Of a DNA stretch of 52,418 nt, positions 35,801 through 44,737 are shown piece after piece. Position 1 is the stretch's first letter. The number at the start of each line of letters is the position of its first letter. The position numbers were made by a program, and so were the translations under genes. The notes under the pieces are model-generated. The model searched no databases. It saw only the letters and a program-made list of their open reading frames with translations, and was not told the origin of the DNA. Source of the DNA: a virus (lineage: Duplodnaviria; Heunggongvirae; Uroviricota; Caudoviricetes); IMG/VR virus record IMGVR_UViG_3300032579_000006. One strand, 5' to 3'.

Positions 35801-36781
35801 ATGGCTAGTCTAGCAGAAATCCGTGCGCGGTTAACGGCACAAGAAAATCGCAGTCAGACCAAGGCTTCTGGCACTCAATCAGATAACGCAATCTATCCTT
35901 TCTGGAATATTGACGAAGGAGCAACTGCTTCTATTCGTCTGTTGCCAGACGGCAATCCTACTAACGAATTCTTTTGGGTAGAACGTCAAGTTATCAAGCT
36001 TCCGTTCAATGGCGTTAAGGGTGATTCCAACATGAAGCAAGTTACTGTACAAGTTCCTTGCGTCGAGATGTATGGCGATAATTGCCCGGTTCTCGCAGAA
36101 GTTCGTCCGTGGTACAAAGACGACACTCTTAAGGACCTTGCTAACAAGTATTGGAAGAAGCGTTCATATCTTTATCAAGGCTTTGTTCGCCAAAATCCAC
36201 TAGGTGATGATCAAACTCCAGCGAACCCAATTCGTCGCTTCATCATCTCCCCGCAAATTCAGACTATTATCAAGGCATCTTTGATGGATCCGGAACTTGA
36301 TGAATTGCCAACCGACTACGTTCACGGTCTTGACTTCAACATCAAGAAGACTTCTAAGGGCGGTTATGCAGACTATTCAACTTCCACTTGGTCTCGTAAG
36401 GAGTCACCGCTTACGGAAGCCGAGCAAGCAGCGATTGATTCGTTTGGGTTGTACAATCTCGCTGACTTCTTGCCAAAGAAGCCAAGCGAAGCCGAACTTC
36501 GGGTCATTAAGGAGATGTTTGAAGCATCAGTTGATGGACGCCCGTATGACACTGATAAGTGGGGCGCATATTATCGTCCGTATGGCATTGAAGCTCCGTC
36601 CAGCACCGCACAAGCACAAACTGCTTCTGCTGCACCTAGTGCACCGACTACGGTAGCATCTGCGCCAATCGATGAGCCTCCTTTCGAAGTAGATCAACCA
36701 ATCGTTGTTCCTACTGCACCAACGAGCGATAAGGCACAGGACATTCTAAAGATGATCCGCGAAAGACAGAATAAGGCCTAA
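35801..36781 (+). CDS. Single-stranded DNA-binding protein, T4 gp32-like
   Basis: IRLLPDG, VPCVEMYGDNCPV, YWKKRSY, FNIKKTSKGGYADYSTS, acidic/Pro-rich tail. Confidence 0.9.
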   Translation: MASLAEIRARLTAQENRSQTKASGTQSDNAIYPFWNIDEGATASIRLLPDGNPTNEFFWVERQVIKLPFNGVKGDSNMKQVTVQVPCVEMYGDNCPVLAEVRPWYKDDTLKDLANKYWKKRSYLYQGFVRQNPLGDDQTPANPIRRFIISPQIQTIIKASLMDPELDELPTDYVHGLDFNIKKTSKGGYADYSTSTWSRKESPLTEAEQAAIDSFGLYNLADFLPKKPSEAELRVIKEMFEASVDGRPYDTDKWGAYYRPYGIEAPSSTAQAQTASAAPSAPTTVASAPIDEPPFEVDQPIVVPTAPTSDKAQDILKMIRERQNKA

Positions 36782-36786
36782 TTAGG

Positions 36787-36813
36787 TTTGGGGAGGAGAA
36801 ATCCTCCCCAAAA
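36787..36813. terminator. Rho-independent (possibly bidirectional) terminator
   Basis: TTTGGGGAGGA-GAAA-TCCTCCCCAAAA perfect hairpin. Confidence 0.8.
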
Positions 36814-36833
36814 TTCTGGCTAAGGAGAATACC

Positions 36834-37064
36834 ATGACCAATTCAGATGATAGATACCGTGCAATAAAGCAAGGTAAAAAACTGTTGGAGGAACTGTGTG
36901 ATCCAGGCAAAACTCCAAGAGTTCCGAGTATAGTAAGAGACCGGGCGCGGAGCGTACTAAGACATTTTCCGAATGACTATGAATTAGACCAAATCGCAGT
37001 GAATAGTCCCGAATTACTCGAAAAATTATCAGTTAATGATAAGATGAAACAGATTGTAAGATAG
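36834..37064 (+). CDS. Small conserved-type phage protein
   Basis: DDRYRAI...KTPRVP..VRDRARSVLRHFP; AAGGAG SD. Confidence 0.75.
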   Translation: MTNSDDRYRAIKQGKKLLEELCDPGKTPRVPSIVRDRARSVLRHFPNDYELDQIAVNSPELLEKLSVNDKMKQIVR

Positions 37065-37073
37065 GATATATAC

Positions 37074-38147
37074 TTGACAACTAAACCTTTCGACCTCAGC
37101 AAGTTCCGTAAAGACATTACTAAGGCCATCGATGGTCTCAGCATTGGATTTAATGATCCCACTGATTGGATCAGCACAGGAAACTATGCACTTAACTACC
37201 GCATCAGCAGCGAATTTGACAAGGGAATTCCTCTTGGAAAAGTAACCGTATTTGCTGGTGAATCAGGAGCCGGCAAATCATATATTTGTTCCGGAAATAT
37301 TGTACGACATGCCCAAGAACAGGGCATTTACGTAGTTCTAATTGATAGCGAAAACGCACTAGACGAATCATGGCTACAGGCACTTGGTGTAGACACTAGT
37401 GCAGAAAAGCTACTAAAGCTTAATATGGCAATGATTGATGATGTTGCAAAGACGATCAGCGAGTTCATGAAGGGCTATAAGGGAATGAGCGAAACGGATC
37501 GCCCTAAGGTTCTTTTCGTTATCGACTCACTTGGTATGTTGCTTACTCCTACTGATGTAAATCAGTTTGAGGCAGGCGATATGAAGGGTGATATGGGTCG
37601 TAAGCCTAAGGCTCTTACATCTTTGGTACGTAATTGTGTTAACATGTTCGGTTCATGTAATGTAGGATTAGTGGCCACAAATCACACATATGCATCACAA
37701 GATATGTTTGATCCTGATGACAAGATTTCAGGTGGACAAGGCTTTATCTATGCGTCTTCTATCGTAGTTGCGATGAAGAAGCTAAAGCTTAAAGAGGACG
37801 AGGACGGAAACAAGATTTCACAAGTGCGTGGCATTCGTGCAGCTTGTAAGGTCATGAAAACTCGTTATGCAAAGCCTTTTGAAAACGTACAAGTTAAGAT
37901 TCCGTATGACACAGGAATGAGTCCGTATTCGGGATTAACTGAGATGTTTGAAGGTATGGAGATTTTCAAGAAAGAAGGAAACTCTCTCGTCTACACTAAG
38001 CTTGACGGGTCTATCATTAAGAAGTTCCGAAAGGGATGGGAACGAAATGATGACGGTTGCCTAGATACTGTTATGGAAGAATTCCACAAAAGGGCAGATA
38101 CTGCACTAAGTACTGTCGCTAGCGAGGAAGAGGAAGTAGCAGAATGA
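37074..38147 (+). CDS. uvsX: RecA-like recombinase UvsX
   Basis: ISTGNYALN, GESGAGKS, IDSENAL, VIDSLGML, GDMGRK, NHTY, SGGQGFIYASS. Confidence 0.93.
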   Translation: MTTKPFDLSKFRKDITKAIDGLSIGFNDPTDWISTGNYALNYRISSEFDKGIPLGKVTVFAGESGAGKSYICSGNIVRHAQEQGIYVVLIDSENALDESWLQALGVDTSAEKLLKLNMAMIDDVAKTISEFMKGYKGMSETDRPKVLFVIDSLGMLLTPTDVNQFEAGDMKGDMGRKPKALTSLVRNCVNMFGSCNVGLVATNHTYASQDMFDPDDKISGGQGFIYASSIVVAMKKLKLKEDEDGNKISQVRGIRAACKVMKTRYAKPFENVQVKIPYDTGMSPYSGLTEMFEGMEIFKKEGNSLVYTKLDGSIIKKFRKGWERNDDGCLDTVMEEFHKRADTALSTVASEEEEVAE

Positions 38148-38425
38148 GCAACTTAAGTTTGGTTAATGAAATTTGGAAGGTACTTAGACCTAATATTGAA
38201 GCAGGTGACATTAGTACTGCCGCAGAAGTGTTGGTCAATTATCTAGTTGATGAAGACTACTCTCCTAATGAAATTAAGCAAGCATTTCGAGGAGACTCGG
38301 ACATTAAGGATGCACTGTCTTTCTATCTAGAAACCCCAGAAGATGGCTTATATCATCAAGTTAAAGAAGAATTATTTTACGATGAGTACTATGACGATGA
38401 AGATGGGTATGACGAGGACTACTGA
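38144..38425 (+). CDS. Hypothetical acidic protein
   Basis: 93-aa ORF between uvsX and uvsY. Confidence 0.75.
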   Translation: MSNLSLVNEIWKVLRPNIEAGDISTAAEVLVNYLVDEDYSPNEIKQAFRGDSDIKDALSFYLETPEDGLYHQVKEELFYDEYYDDEDGYDEDY

Positions 38426-38883
38426 TGTCCTGGTATAGCCGAATTACCGGCGATCTATCCGTTCTCCCTGACTTCATCTCTCATTACGAGAATGAGCTAG
38501 TCTCTGCCAAACAAGATGTTAAGGTGTATGGCAATGTAGAGAAAAACATTGCCGCACTTCCTGGAATAACTGAGTACCGTTTCAACCAACTCCAAGAAAT
38601 CGAAGCGGTACTCAATTTTCTAAACATCCAGCTTCGCAAGATTCGTAGAAAACACTTTCAAAAATATCTTGAAGGTTATGCTCGTGCGTTAACGTCACGG
38701 GACGCAGAGAAGTATGTTGACGGTGAACAAGAAGTCATCGATTTTGAAGTTCTCATAAATGAAGTTGCACTACTTCGCAACAAATGGTTGGGCGTGCTTA
38801 AAGCAATCGAATCTAAAAACTTCATGCTGGGTCATGTGGTGCGTCTACGTACCGCAGGCATGGAAGACATTAGCATTGGGTAA
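38425..38883 (+). CDS. uvsY: Recombination mediator UvsY
   Basis: Helical ORF with YLEGYARALTSRDAEKYVDGE and KAIESKNFMLGHVVRLR; located beside uvsX. Confidence 0.8.
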   Translation: MSWYSRITGDLSVLPDFISHYENELVSAKQDVKVYGNVEKNIAALPGITEYRFNQLQEIEAVLNFLNIQLRKIRRKHFQKYLEGYARALTSRDAEKYVDGEQEVIDFEVLINEVALLRNKWLGVLKAIESKNFMLGHVVRLRTAGMEDISIG

Positions 38884-38944
38884 CAAGTTTATTGTATTAA
38901 TGTAACAAGTATTCTATTATAAGAATAATAAGGAAATCAAAAAG

Positions 38945-39700
38945 ATGCACCCAGCATTCACTTCTCTAGATGATACTAACGAAGATGATGACTTCTTCGC
39001 TTCGTTAACCGCAACTACACAAGCAAAGCAATCTGCGGAAATGTTTACTACAAAAGAAGACGTTTTGGTTCTTAGTTGTGTATTGTATAGATTAAAAACA
39101 ACCGCTACCACTGAAGAAGACAAAAATTATTGGAACGCATTTGGTCTACTTTCTGTACCCACAGACAAAATTACACAAGACGATAGAATACTAGCAGACC
39201 ACGTTCGTTCTTATTTTAATAGTAAGTTAGTATTGGCTAGAATACGAGGTGAATCTCTATCTAAGTACAGAACTGATCTATCTAAATTTTTAAATACAGC
39301 TTATTCTATCGCTGACGGATACATGTATCCTATTAACTTTGCCGGATTGATATACAAGCTTCCTTACTTTCATGAATATGATCAGGGTTTGTATGAAGTA
39401 TTTGGCGGCGACTATTACAATCTTCGTGGACCTGGTAATCGATTAAGTGGCAACAAAACTCTGACATTTATCAAGCGATTGGATCCTCATCGTAGACTGC
39501 TTGCGGTTGAAGATTTTTGGTTTTCGGACGAACACGGTAACCGAATATTGCTAACGATTGACAAGAAGAATCCACTCACTCCATTGTTCGAAACTGTTCT
39601 TAATCATAAGGTCAAGATTGAGGCAAATTATGATCCTCGTCATAAGGACACCCTCAATTTTTATCAAGCTAACTCTTGGAAATTCGTTTCGGTCGATTAA
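38945..39700 (+). CDS. Hypothetical protein
   Basis: 251-aa ORF with AAGGA SD and a sigma70-like promoter upstream. Confidence 0.75.
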   Translation: MHPAFTSLDDTNEDDDFFASLTATTQAKQSAEMFTTKEDVLVLSCVLYRLKTTATTEEDKNYWNAFGLLSVPTDKITQDDRILADHVRSYFNSKLVLARIRGESLSKYRTDLSKFLNTAYSIADGYMYPINFAGLIYKLPYFHEYDQGLYEVFGGDYYNLRGPGNRLSGNKTLTFIKRLDPHRRLLAVEDFWFSDEHGNRILLTIDKKNPLTPLFETVLNHKVKIEANYDPRHKDTLNFYQANSWKFVSVD

Positions 39701-39760
39701 TTTTGGTTGACACCGCATAACTCTGTTGCTATGATTTAAAGATAGCAAAGGAGCTACGAC

Positions 39761-39967
39761 ATGGGCTACAAGAATCTTCCTGAACGTGATGCTAAATGGC
39801 AACCGCGTAAGGGCCTTGAAGGTCCGTTCGTGTATCCTAATGGTCGGGTGATCTACTACGATCCTAAGGAAGGTGCTTATTGGGATCCGACGACTGATTT
39901 TTATCTGTCATATGAGGAATCGTCCTCGCTACAAAATTCTGTCTTTGACATTATTCGTGGAAAATAA
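39761..39967 (+). CDS. Small early protein
   Basis: Promoter TTGACA-17-TATGAT near 39707-39735; AAGGAG SD; YYDPKEGAYWDPTTD motif. Confidence 0.75.
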   Translation: MGYKNLPERDAKWQPRKGLEGPFVYPNGRVIYYDPKEGAYWDPTTDFYLSYEESSSLQNSVFDIIRGK

Positions 39968-39968
39968 A

Positions 39969-40124
39969 ATGACGTTCGAAGAATGGTGGCAACAGGTACA
40001 CCTGCCGAGTTATGCGTATTCAAACATTACCGATGAAGAATTAGATGCTGCGCAATCGGCAGCACGATCTGCATGGGAAGCCGCATATGATTTTGGTTAT
40101 GATCAAGGCCGAATAAATAATTGA
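39969..40124 (+). CDS. 51-aa hypothetical protein
   Basis: MTFEEWW...ARSAWEAA; the track ORF extends spuriously upstream. Confidence 0.6.
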   Translation: MTFEEWWQQVHLPSYAYSNITDEELDAAQSAARSAWEAAYDFGYDQGRINN

Positions 40125-40159
40125 GCACGATCAATGGTGCATGAAAGGGTTGATTTAAA

Positions 40160-41365
40160 GTGAATTACGAATTCCCTGTAATTAAGAATATCTCAGAGGT
40201 GCTTCCTGCGATTAAGGATGCTCCTGAGTTCGTTGTGGCTGAGCGTGACGGCTATACCGTCATCAACTACAACGTAATGATGTCAGATACCTTTCCCACC
40301 ATTAACGTCGCTGGCGGTTCTGCTAAGATGCGTGCAGAACGCTCTTTGCACAATATGCTGCGGCGTGAGTGTCGCGGTATCATCTTCTGTTCGAAGACCG
40401 GAGACCTTCTGCGGCGTCCCCTGCATAAATTTTTCAATGTCAACGAAAGAGAAGAAACCCAAGACCATGTTTTGGATCTGTCTCGTCCGCACGTTATTCT
40501 TGAAAAGCTTGACGGCTCTATGCTAGTTCCTTTCATGCTCAACGACGAAGTTCGTTGGGGTACTAAGATGGGTCTGACTGACGTTGCTGCTCCTGTTGAG
40601 GAATTCGTTAAAAATAATCCTAAGTACGAGGAATTCGCTCGCGTTTATCTAACTCAATCTTTCATCACCCCTATCTTTGAATGGTGTTCGCGTAAGCAAC
40701 GCATCGTCATCGATTACGGGAGCAAAGATCACTTAGTCCTTATCGCTCTCCGTTTTAATGACACAGGTGAGTATGTTAAGTATGATAAAATGACCTTTAT
40801 TGCTAAGAACTGGAATCTCCCAGTCGTAAAGGCTTTCGAGCCTGCTACGGATATGAATGAATTTATGGCTTATGTTGCTGGTCTGAAAGATATGGAAGGC
40901 TTTGTGATTCGTTTCGATGACGGTCACATGGTTAAGGCTAAGTGTGACTGGTACGTTCAAATTCATAAGGCTAAGGAAGCCATTCTGCAAGATCGTAATA
41001 TCGTGGAAATGATCCTGAGCAACACCCTCGATGATGTTAAGGCTCATCTTCTTACTGAAGATCGAGTTCGCCTGGAAGAATTTGAGGATAAGGTTGTCAC
41101 TCGCATCAAGTATCTGGCTCGTGAACTGCATGACAATGTGGCTCATATTCGTGCCCGAAACGTTGATCGTAAGAACTTTGCGCTGAACGAATCTCAAAAT
41201 TTTGATTCGCTCATGAAAGCAGCGATCTTCTCGCTGTTTGACTGTTGTACTATTGAGTCTGCCCAGGAACATATTACTAAAACTGTGGCTATCAAACTGT
41301 CGAGCAACAAGAGCTATGACCTGATTAAGGACGTTTGGTTTAAAGGAATTAAACATAATGACTAA
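40160..41365 (+). CDS. rnlA: RNA ligase 1 (T4 Rnl1-like)
   Basis: RECRGIIF, LHKFFNVNE, EKLDGS (motif I), FEW, MEGFV (IV), MVKAK (V). Confidence 0.92.
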   Translation: MNYEFPVIKNISEVLPAIKDAPEFVVAERDGYTVINYNVMMSDTFPTINVAGGSAKMRAERSLHNMLRRECRGIIFCSKTGDLLRRPLHKFFNVNEREETQDHVLDLSRPHVILEKLDGSMLVPFMLNDEVRWGTKMGLTDVAAPVEEFVKNNPKYEEFARVYLTQSFITPIFEWCSRKQRIVIDYGSKDHLVLIALRFNDTGEYVKYDKMTFIAKNWNLPVVKAFEPATDMNEFMAYVAGLKDMEGFVIRFDDGHMVKAKCDWYVQIHKAKEAILQDRNIVEMILSNTLDDVKAHLLTEDRVRLEEFEDKVVTRIKYLARELHDNVAHIRARNVDRKNFALNESQNFDSLMKAAIFSLFDCCTIESAQEHITKTVAIKLSSNKSYDLIKDVWFKGIKHND

Positions 41366-41640
41366 GCAATATCGACTAAGAGAAATATTCAATTACAATA
41401 CCACTGGACCTACATACTTTGTTGTAGAAGAAAAGAAGCTTTTTGTCTGGAAGAATGTATATGGTGACGCTTGTTCTTTATCTGTATTGTGGCCGCGATT
41501 CCTTTCCGTATGATGAAGCCAAACAAAGGCTAGAAAATTGTATCGAACAAGCAGCACTAGACGAAGAAGCCAGTAACCGGTATAAGGCATTTAAGCCTCG
41601 TATTCTGACTCCGCCTCTACCGGACAAGGAACCGGAATAA
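41358..41640 (+). CDS. Small protein apparently split over two frames (+1)
   Basis: 41358-41513 MTKQYRLRE...KKLFVWKNVY; the +1 frame continues DSFPYDEAKQRLE...PRILTPP to 41640. Confidence 0.4.
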
Positions 41641-41700
41641 TTTTGGTTGATACCTTGCGTCATTCAGTGCATAATGCACTTTGTAATGAAGGATAAATAC

Positions 41701-42168
41701 ATGCCTAAGTGTAACATTCTCGTCGGTCTTCCCGCTAGTGGCAAGAGCACCTTTTTGGAAAAGGTGCAGGCTCGTAATGTCGCGTCTTCGGACAATATCA
41801 TCGACCAAATTGCTAAGGAACGAGGTTCCACGTACAACGAGGTCTTTGCTGACGCTATGAGCATCGCTGATGCCCAGTTTTGGAAGCAAATCAAAGCGTA
41901 CTGCGAAGCCGGTGAGGACTTTGATGTTGATCGTACTAACATGTCGGTCAAGAGCCGTAAGCGCATCATTGACATTCTCAAGCCCTATGGCTACACTATC
42001 GACGCTATCGTGTTTGAGAAGCCCGACGACGCTGAATGGAATCGCCGCCTGAATTCTCGTATCGGTAAGACTATTCCGAAACACGTTCTGACTCTTATGG
42101 AACAGAATTTTGTCATGCCCACTGAGGCCGAAGGATTTTCTGAGATTCGAGTGTACGCTGCGAGTTGA
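41701..42168 (+). CDS. Stand-alone polynucleotide kinase (AAA_33 / PseT kinase domain)
   Basis: LVGLPASGKST, SSDNI, DRTN, RRLNSR lid; own sigma70 and TAAATA promoters. Confidence 0.85.
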   Translation: MPKCNILVGLPASGKSTFLEKVQARNVASSDNIIDQIAKERGSTYNEVFADAMSIADAQFWKQIKAYCEAGEDFDVDRTNMSVKSRKRIIDILKPYGYTIDAIVFEKPDDAEWNRRLNSRIGKTIPKHVLTLMEQNFVMPTEAEGFSEIRVYAAS

Positions 42169-42224
42169 CAGCAGCAAAATGTTCTGTTATATTGAAATAT
42201 AAAACAATCGACAAAGGATAACGC

Positions 42225-43235
42225 ATGTCTCGAATTTTGATCAAGAGAGGTGAATACCGTAACCAGCCGGTCGTCAACACTCATTTCACTTTGGTGAAGG
42301 GTTTTCAAATCGGAAAAAAGGGCAGCTACGTCACCGTAAAGAATGACGGGCACTTCTCTGTTGCTATCGACACCATCAAAATTAAGGTAAATTATATCTC
42401 TGACATTGAGTTTGTTGATGGTGAACCAGTAGAAGCCGCTCCGGCGGAAATCGAGACCGACGAACAGGCGATGGATCGCATTGCTGCTCGATTTAAGATC
42501 CTTGACGAAATGTCTGCTGCGTGTATTAACGGTGACATTCGTGCGATGATCGTGTCTGGTCCACCTGGCGTAGGCAAGTCACACGGTGTTGAAATGCAAC
42601 TTGAGCGGGCTTCTATGTTCGACAAGATCGCTGGAAATCGCATTAAGCATACTGTGGTTAAGGGTGCTATGACTGCGCTGGGTCTTTACGCCCAGCTATA
42701 CAAGTACAGTGACAAGAAAAATGTGCTAGTATTTGATGACTGCGACAGCGTGTTCGGTGATGAATTGTCACTGAACATTCTGAAGGCGGCGCTGGATTCT
42801 GGACGTCATCGAAAGATTTGTTGGAATTCGGATTCTCGTCTGCTTCGTGATGAAGGCATTCCGAATTCCTTTAACTTCAACGGGTCTGCTATCTTTATCA
42901 CTAACCTTAAGTTTGACAGCGTGAAGTCTAAGCGTATGCAAGATCACCTTGAAGCGCTGGAATCTCGTTGTCACTTCTTGGATCTGACTATCGATTCTCA
43001 GCGTGACAAAATGTTGCGCATTCGGCAAGTGGATCGTGATGTTGAAAATGGTCTGTTTGGTAGCTACAACTTTGCTGATGATCAAGGCGCCGAGATTTTC
43101 AAGTTTATGGAAGATAACGAGTTGAAGCTAAGAGAACTGTCCATTCGAATGGCGCTCAAAATCGCTGATCTAGTTAAGATTTCTCCCAACAACTGGAAAT
43201 CTCTTGCGCTGAGCACTTGTACTAAGCGTAATTAA
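42225..43235 (+). CDS. AAA+ ATPase
   Basis: SGPPGVGKS, VFDDCD, ILKAALD, IFITN, ALESRC; promoter TTGACA-17-TATATT near 42165-42193. Confidence 0.85.
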   Translation: MSRILIKRGEYRNQPVVNTHFTLVKGFQIGKKGSYVTVKNDGHFSVAIDTIKIKVNYISDIEFVDGEPVEAAPAEIETDEQAMDRIAARFKILDEMSAACINGDIRAMIVSGPPGVGKSHGVEMQLERASMFDKIAGNRIKHTVVKGAMTALGLYAQLYKYSDKKNVLVFDDCDSVFGDELSLNILKAALDSGRHRKICWNSDSRLLRDEGIPNSFNFNGSAIFITNLKFDSVKSKRMQDHLEALESRCHFLDLTIDSQRDKMLRIRQVDRDVENGLFGSYNFADDQGAEIFKFMEDNELKLRELSIRMALKIADLVKISPNNWKSLALSTCTKRN

Positions 43236-43258
43236 CAAAAACTGAATTTTAGTGAATT

Positions 43259-43305
43259 AAAATCCCTTTGCCTTACATTATTTATGCATGACAAAGGGAT
43301 TTTTT
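43259..43305. terminator. 12-bp hairpin (terminator-like) with an antisense CATAAATA in its loop
   Basis: AAAATCCCTTTG(43259-70)/CAAAGGGATTTT(43292-303), 21-nt loop, T run after. Confidence 0.6.
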
Positions 43306-43307
43306 AA

Positions 43308-43604
43308 ATGGCTATACCTCCTCCGCCATACAGCGGTATTAATGGCTTATATGTACAGATTGATAAGCACGTTGATGACACTAAAGCAAACTACGACGGA
43401 AATGCGCGTCCAGGCCAACTAGTAGTCGATACTAGTGATTATTCTTTGTACATAGGTAATTCAAACGGTGTTCTAAATTTAGTAACCGGCGGCGGAGGTG
43501 GCGGATCCTTCGGTAACCTAACGGCCAGCAATGTCACTATTAATACGATAACTTCAGGTAACCCGACAATTGTACGCAACGGGAATGTTCCAGCTATACT
43601 ATGA
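43308..43604 (+). CDS. Small virion-type protein; C-terminal motif lies in the +1 frame (to 43641)
   Basis: RPGQLVVDT...LYIGNSNG, poly-Gly; the +1 frame gives GMFQLYYDPTTGEIVYYQT*. Confidence 0.6.
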   Translation: MAIPPPPYSGINGLYVQIDKHVDDTKANYDGNARPGQLVVDTSDYSLYIGNSNGVLNLVTGGGGGGSFGNLTASNVTINTITSGNPTIVRNGNVPAIL

Positions 43605-43691
43605 TCCGACTACTGGCGAAATTGTCTATTATCAAACATAATAGGTAACCTTAACTATTGCTTTTTATCGCAAGTATGTCATAATGCTAAG

Positions 43692-44684
43692 ATGAACTAT
43701 AAAGAACACCTCCTGCATTTTTTCCTTCAAGGTAAAATAAGCTTAAGTCAATACGACTATAAGTTCATGTCGAATCTTCAACAGATGATTCACGCGAACC
43801 ATAGGATTACGACTAATCAGGTTGAACTGTTCGATAAACTGGTCAGTAAATATCGTAAACAGTTGATTAAGACCGAATTTAATGTAGATACACTGAAGTC
43901 GTTGCCATGGAAAACTTCAGTTGTACAAAGCACCGAAGAGTATACCAGCGCCAAAGTCAGTTTGGTAGGCAATGAATTAACTATTAAGCTACCCTTCAAC
44001 AAAACGTTCATTTCAGAATTCAGAGATATAAAGTACAACACATTCGAATGGAACAAAGATCGAAAAGTGTACACTGCACCATTCAGCACGACTGCATTGC
44101 ATGTTGCTGCTACTAAGTTACAGAAATATTTTTCTGTAGTTAGGTTTTGTGATACCTTACAAGCCATACTAGATCAACTTAAGCAGTATGAGGCCGCCAC
44201 AGTTTGGGACCCGACTTTGGTAAAAGTGGGGAATTCATATTTTATTGCAGCGTGCAATCCGATCATAGCTGATGTACTCTCTGATGTGGAATTAAATACT
44301 GAACCTAAAACTCTGTATACGCTATCTAATGCGGGTGTTAAGGTTGATCCTGCCTTGCTTACAGAACCAAAATTGAAGTTTGCACATGAATATTCTACGC
44401 AAGTGGACTTATGTGATCTTACGTCGCTCATATCTTGGTTACAAGAGTTAGATTGTAAAAATGTAATTTTGGGTAGAGGAATCACATTAAATAAGCAGGT
44501 ATATAATGAGTTGACACTCAAGTTAAATGAGGCAAACATCTACTATAGGTCCTTGCAAGGTGCAACCTTAACCAAAGCAGACGTGCTAATTCAACCAACC
44601 TCAACATTAACGATAGATCGCGGCTTTAGAGATTTAGGTAAAATAGTAACCCTATCAAATTCAAATCCAGTAGTAGTTAAATAA
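43692..44684 (+). CDS. Hypothetical protein (330 aa)
   Basis: Long ORF behind TTGCTT-16-CATAAT. Confidence 0.8.
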   Translation: MNYKEHLLHFFLQGKISLSQYDYKFMSNLQQMIHANHRITTNQVELFDKLVSKYRKQLIKTEFNVDTLKSLPWKTSVVQSTEEYTSAKVSLVGNELTIKLPFNKTFISEFRDIKYNTFEWNKDRKVYTAPFSTTALHVAATKLQKYFSVVRFCDTLQAILDQLKQYEAATVWDPTLVKVGNSYFIAACNPIIADVLSDVELNTEPKTLYTLSNAGVKVDPALLTEPKLKFAHEYSTQVDLCDLTSLISWLQELDCKNVILGRGITLNKQVYNELTLKLNEANIYYRSLQGATLTKADVLIQPTSTLTIDRGFRDLGKIVTLSNSNPVVVK

Positions 44685-44737
44685 CGAAATCTCATTATCA
44701 ACAGGCTATGGAGAAGGAAAGACCCAAGGAATAAACA

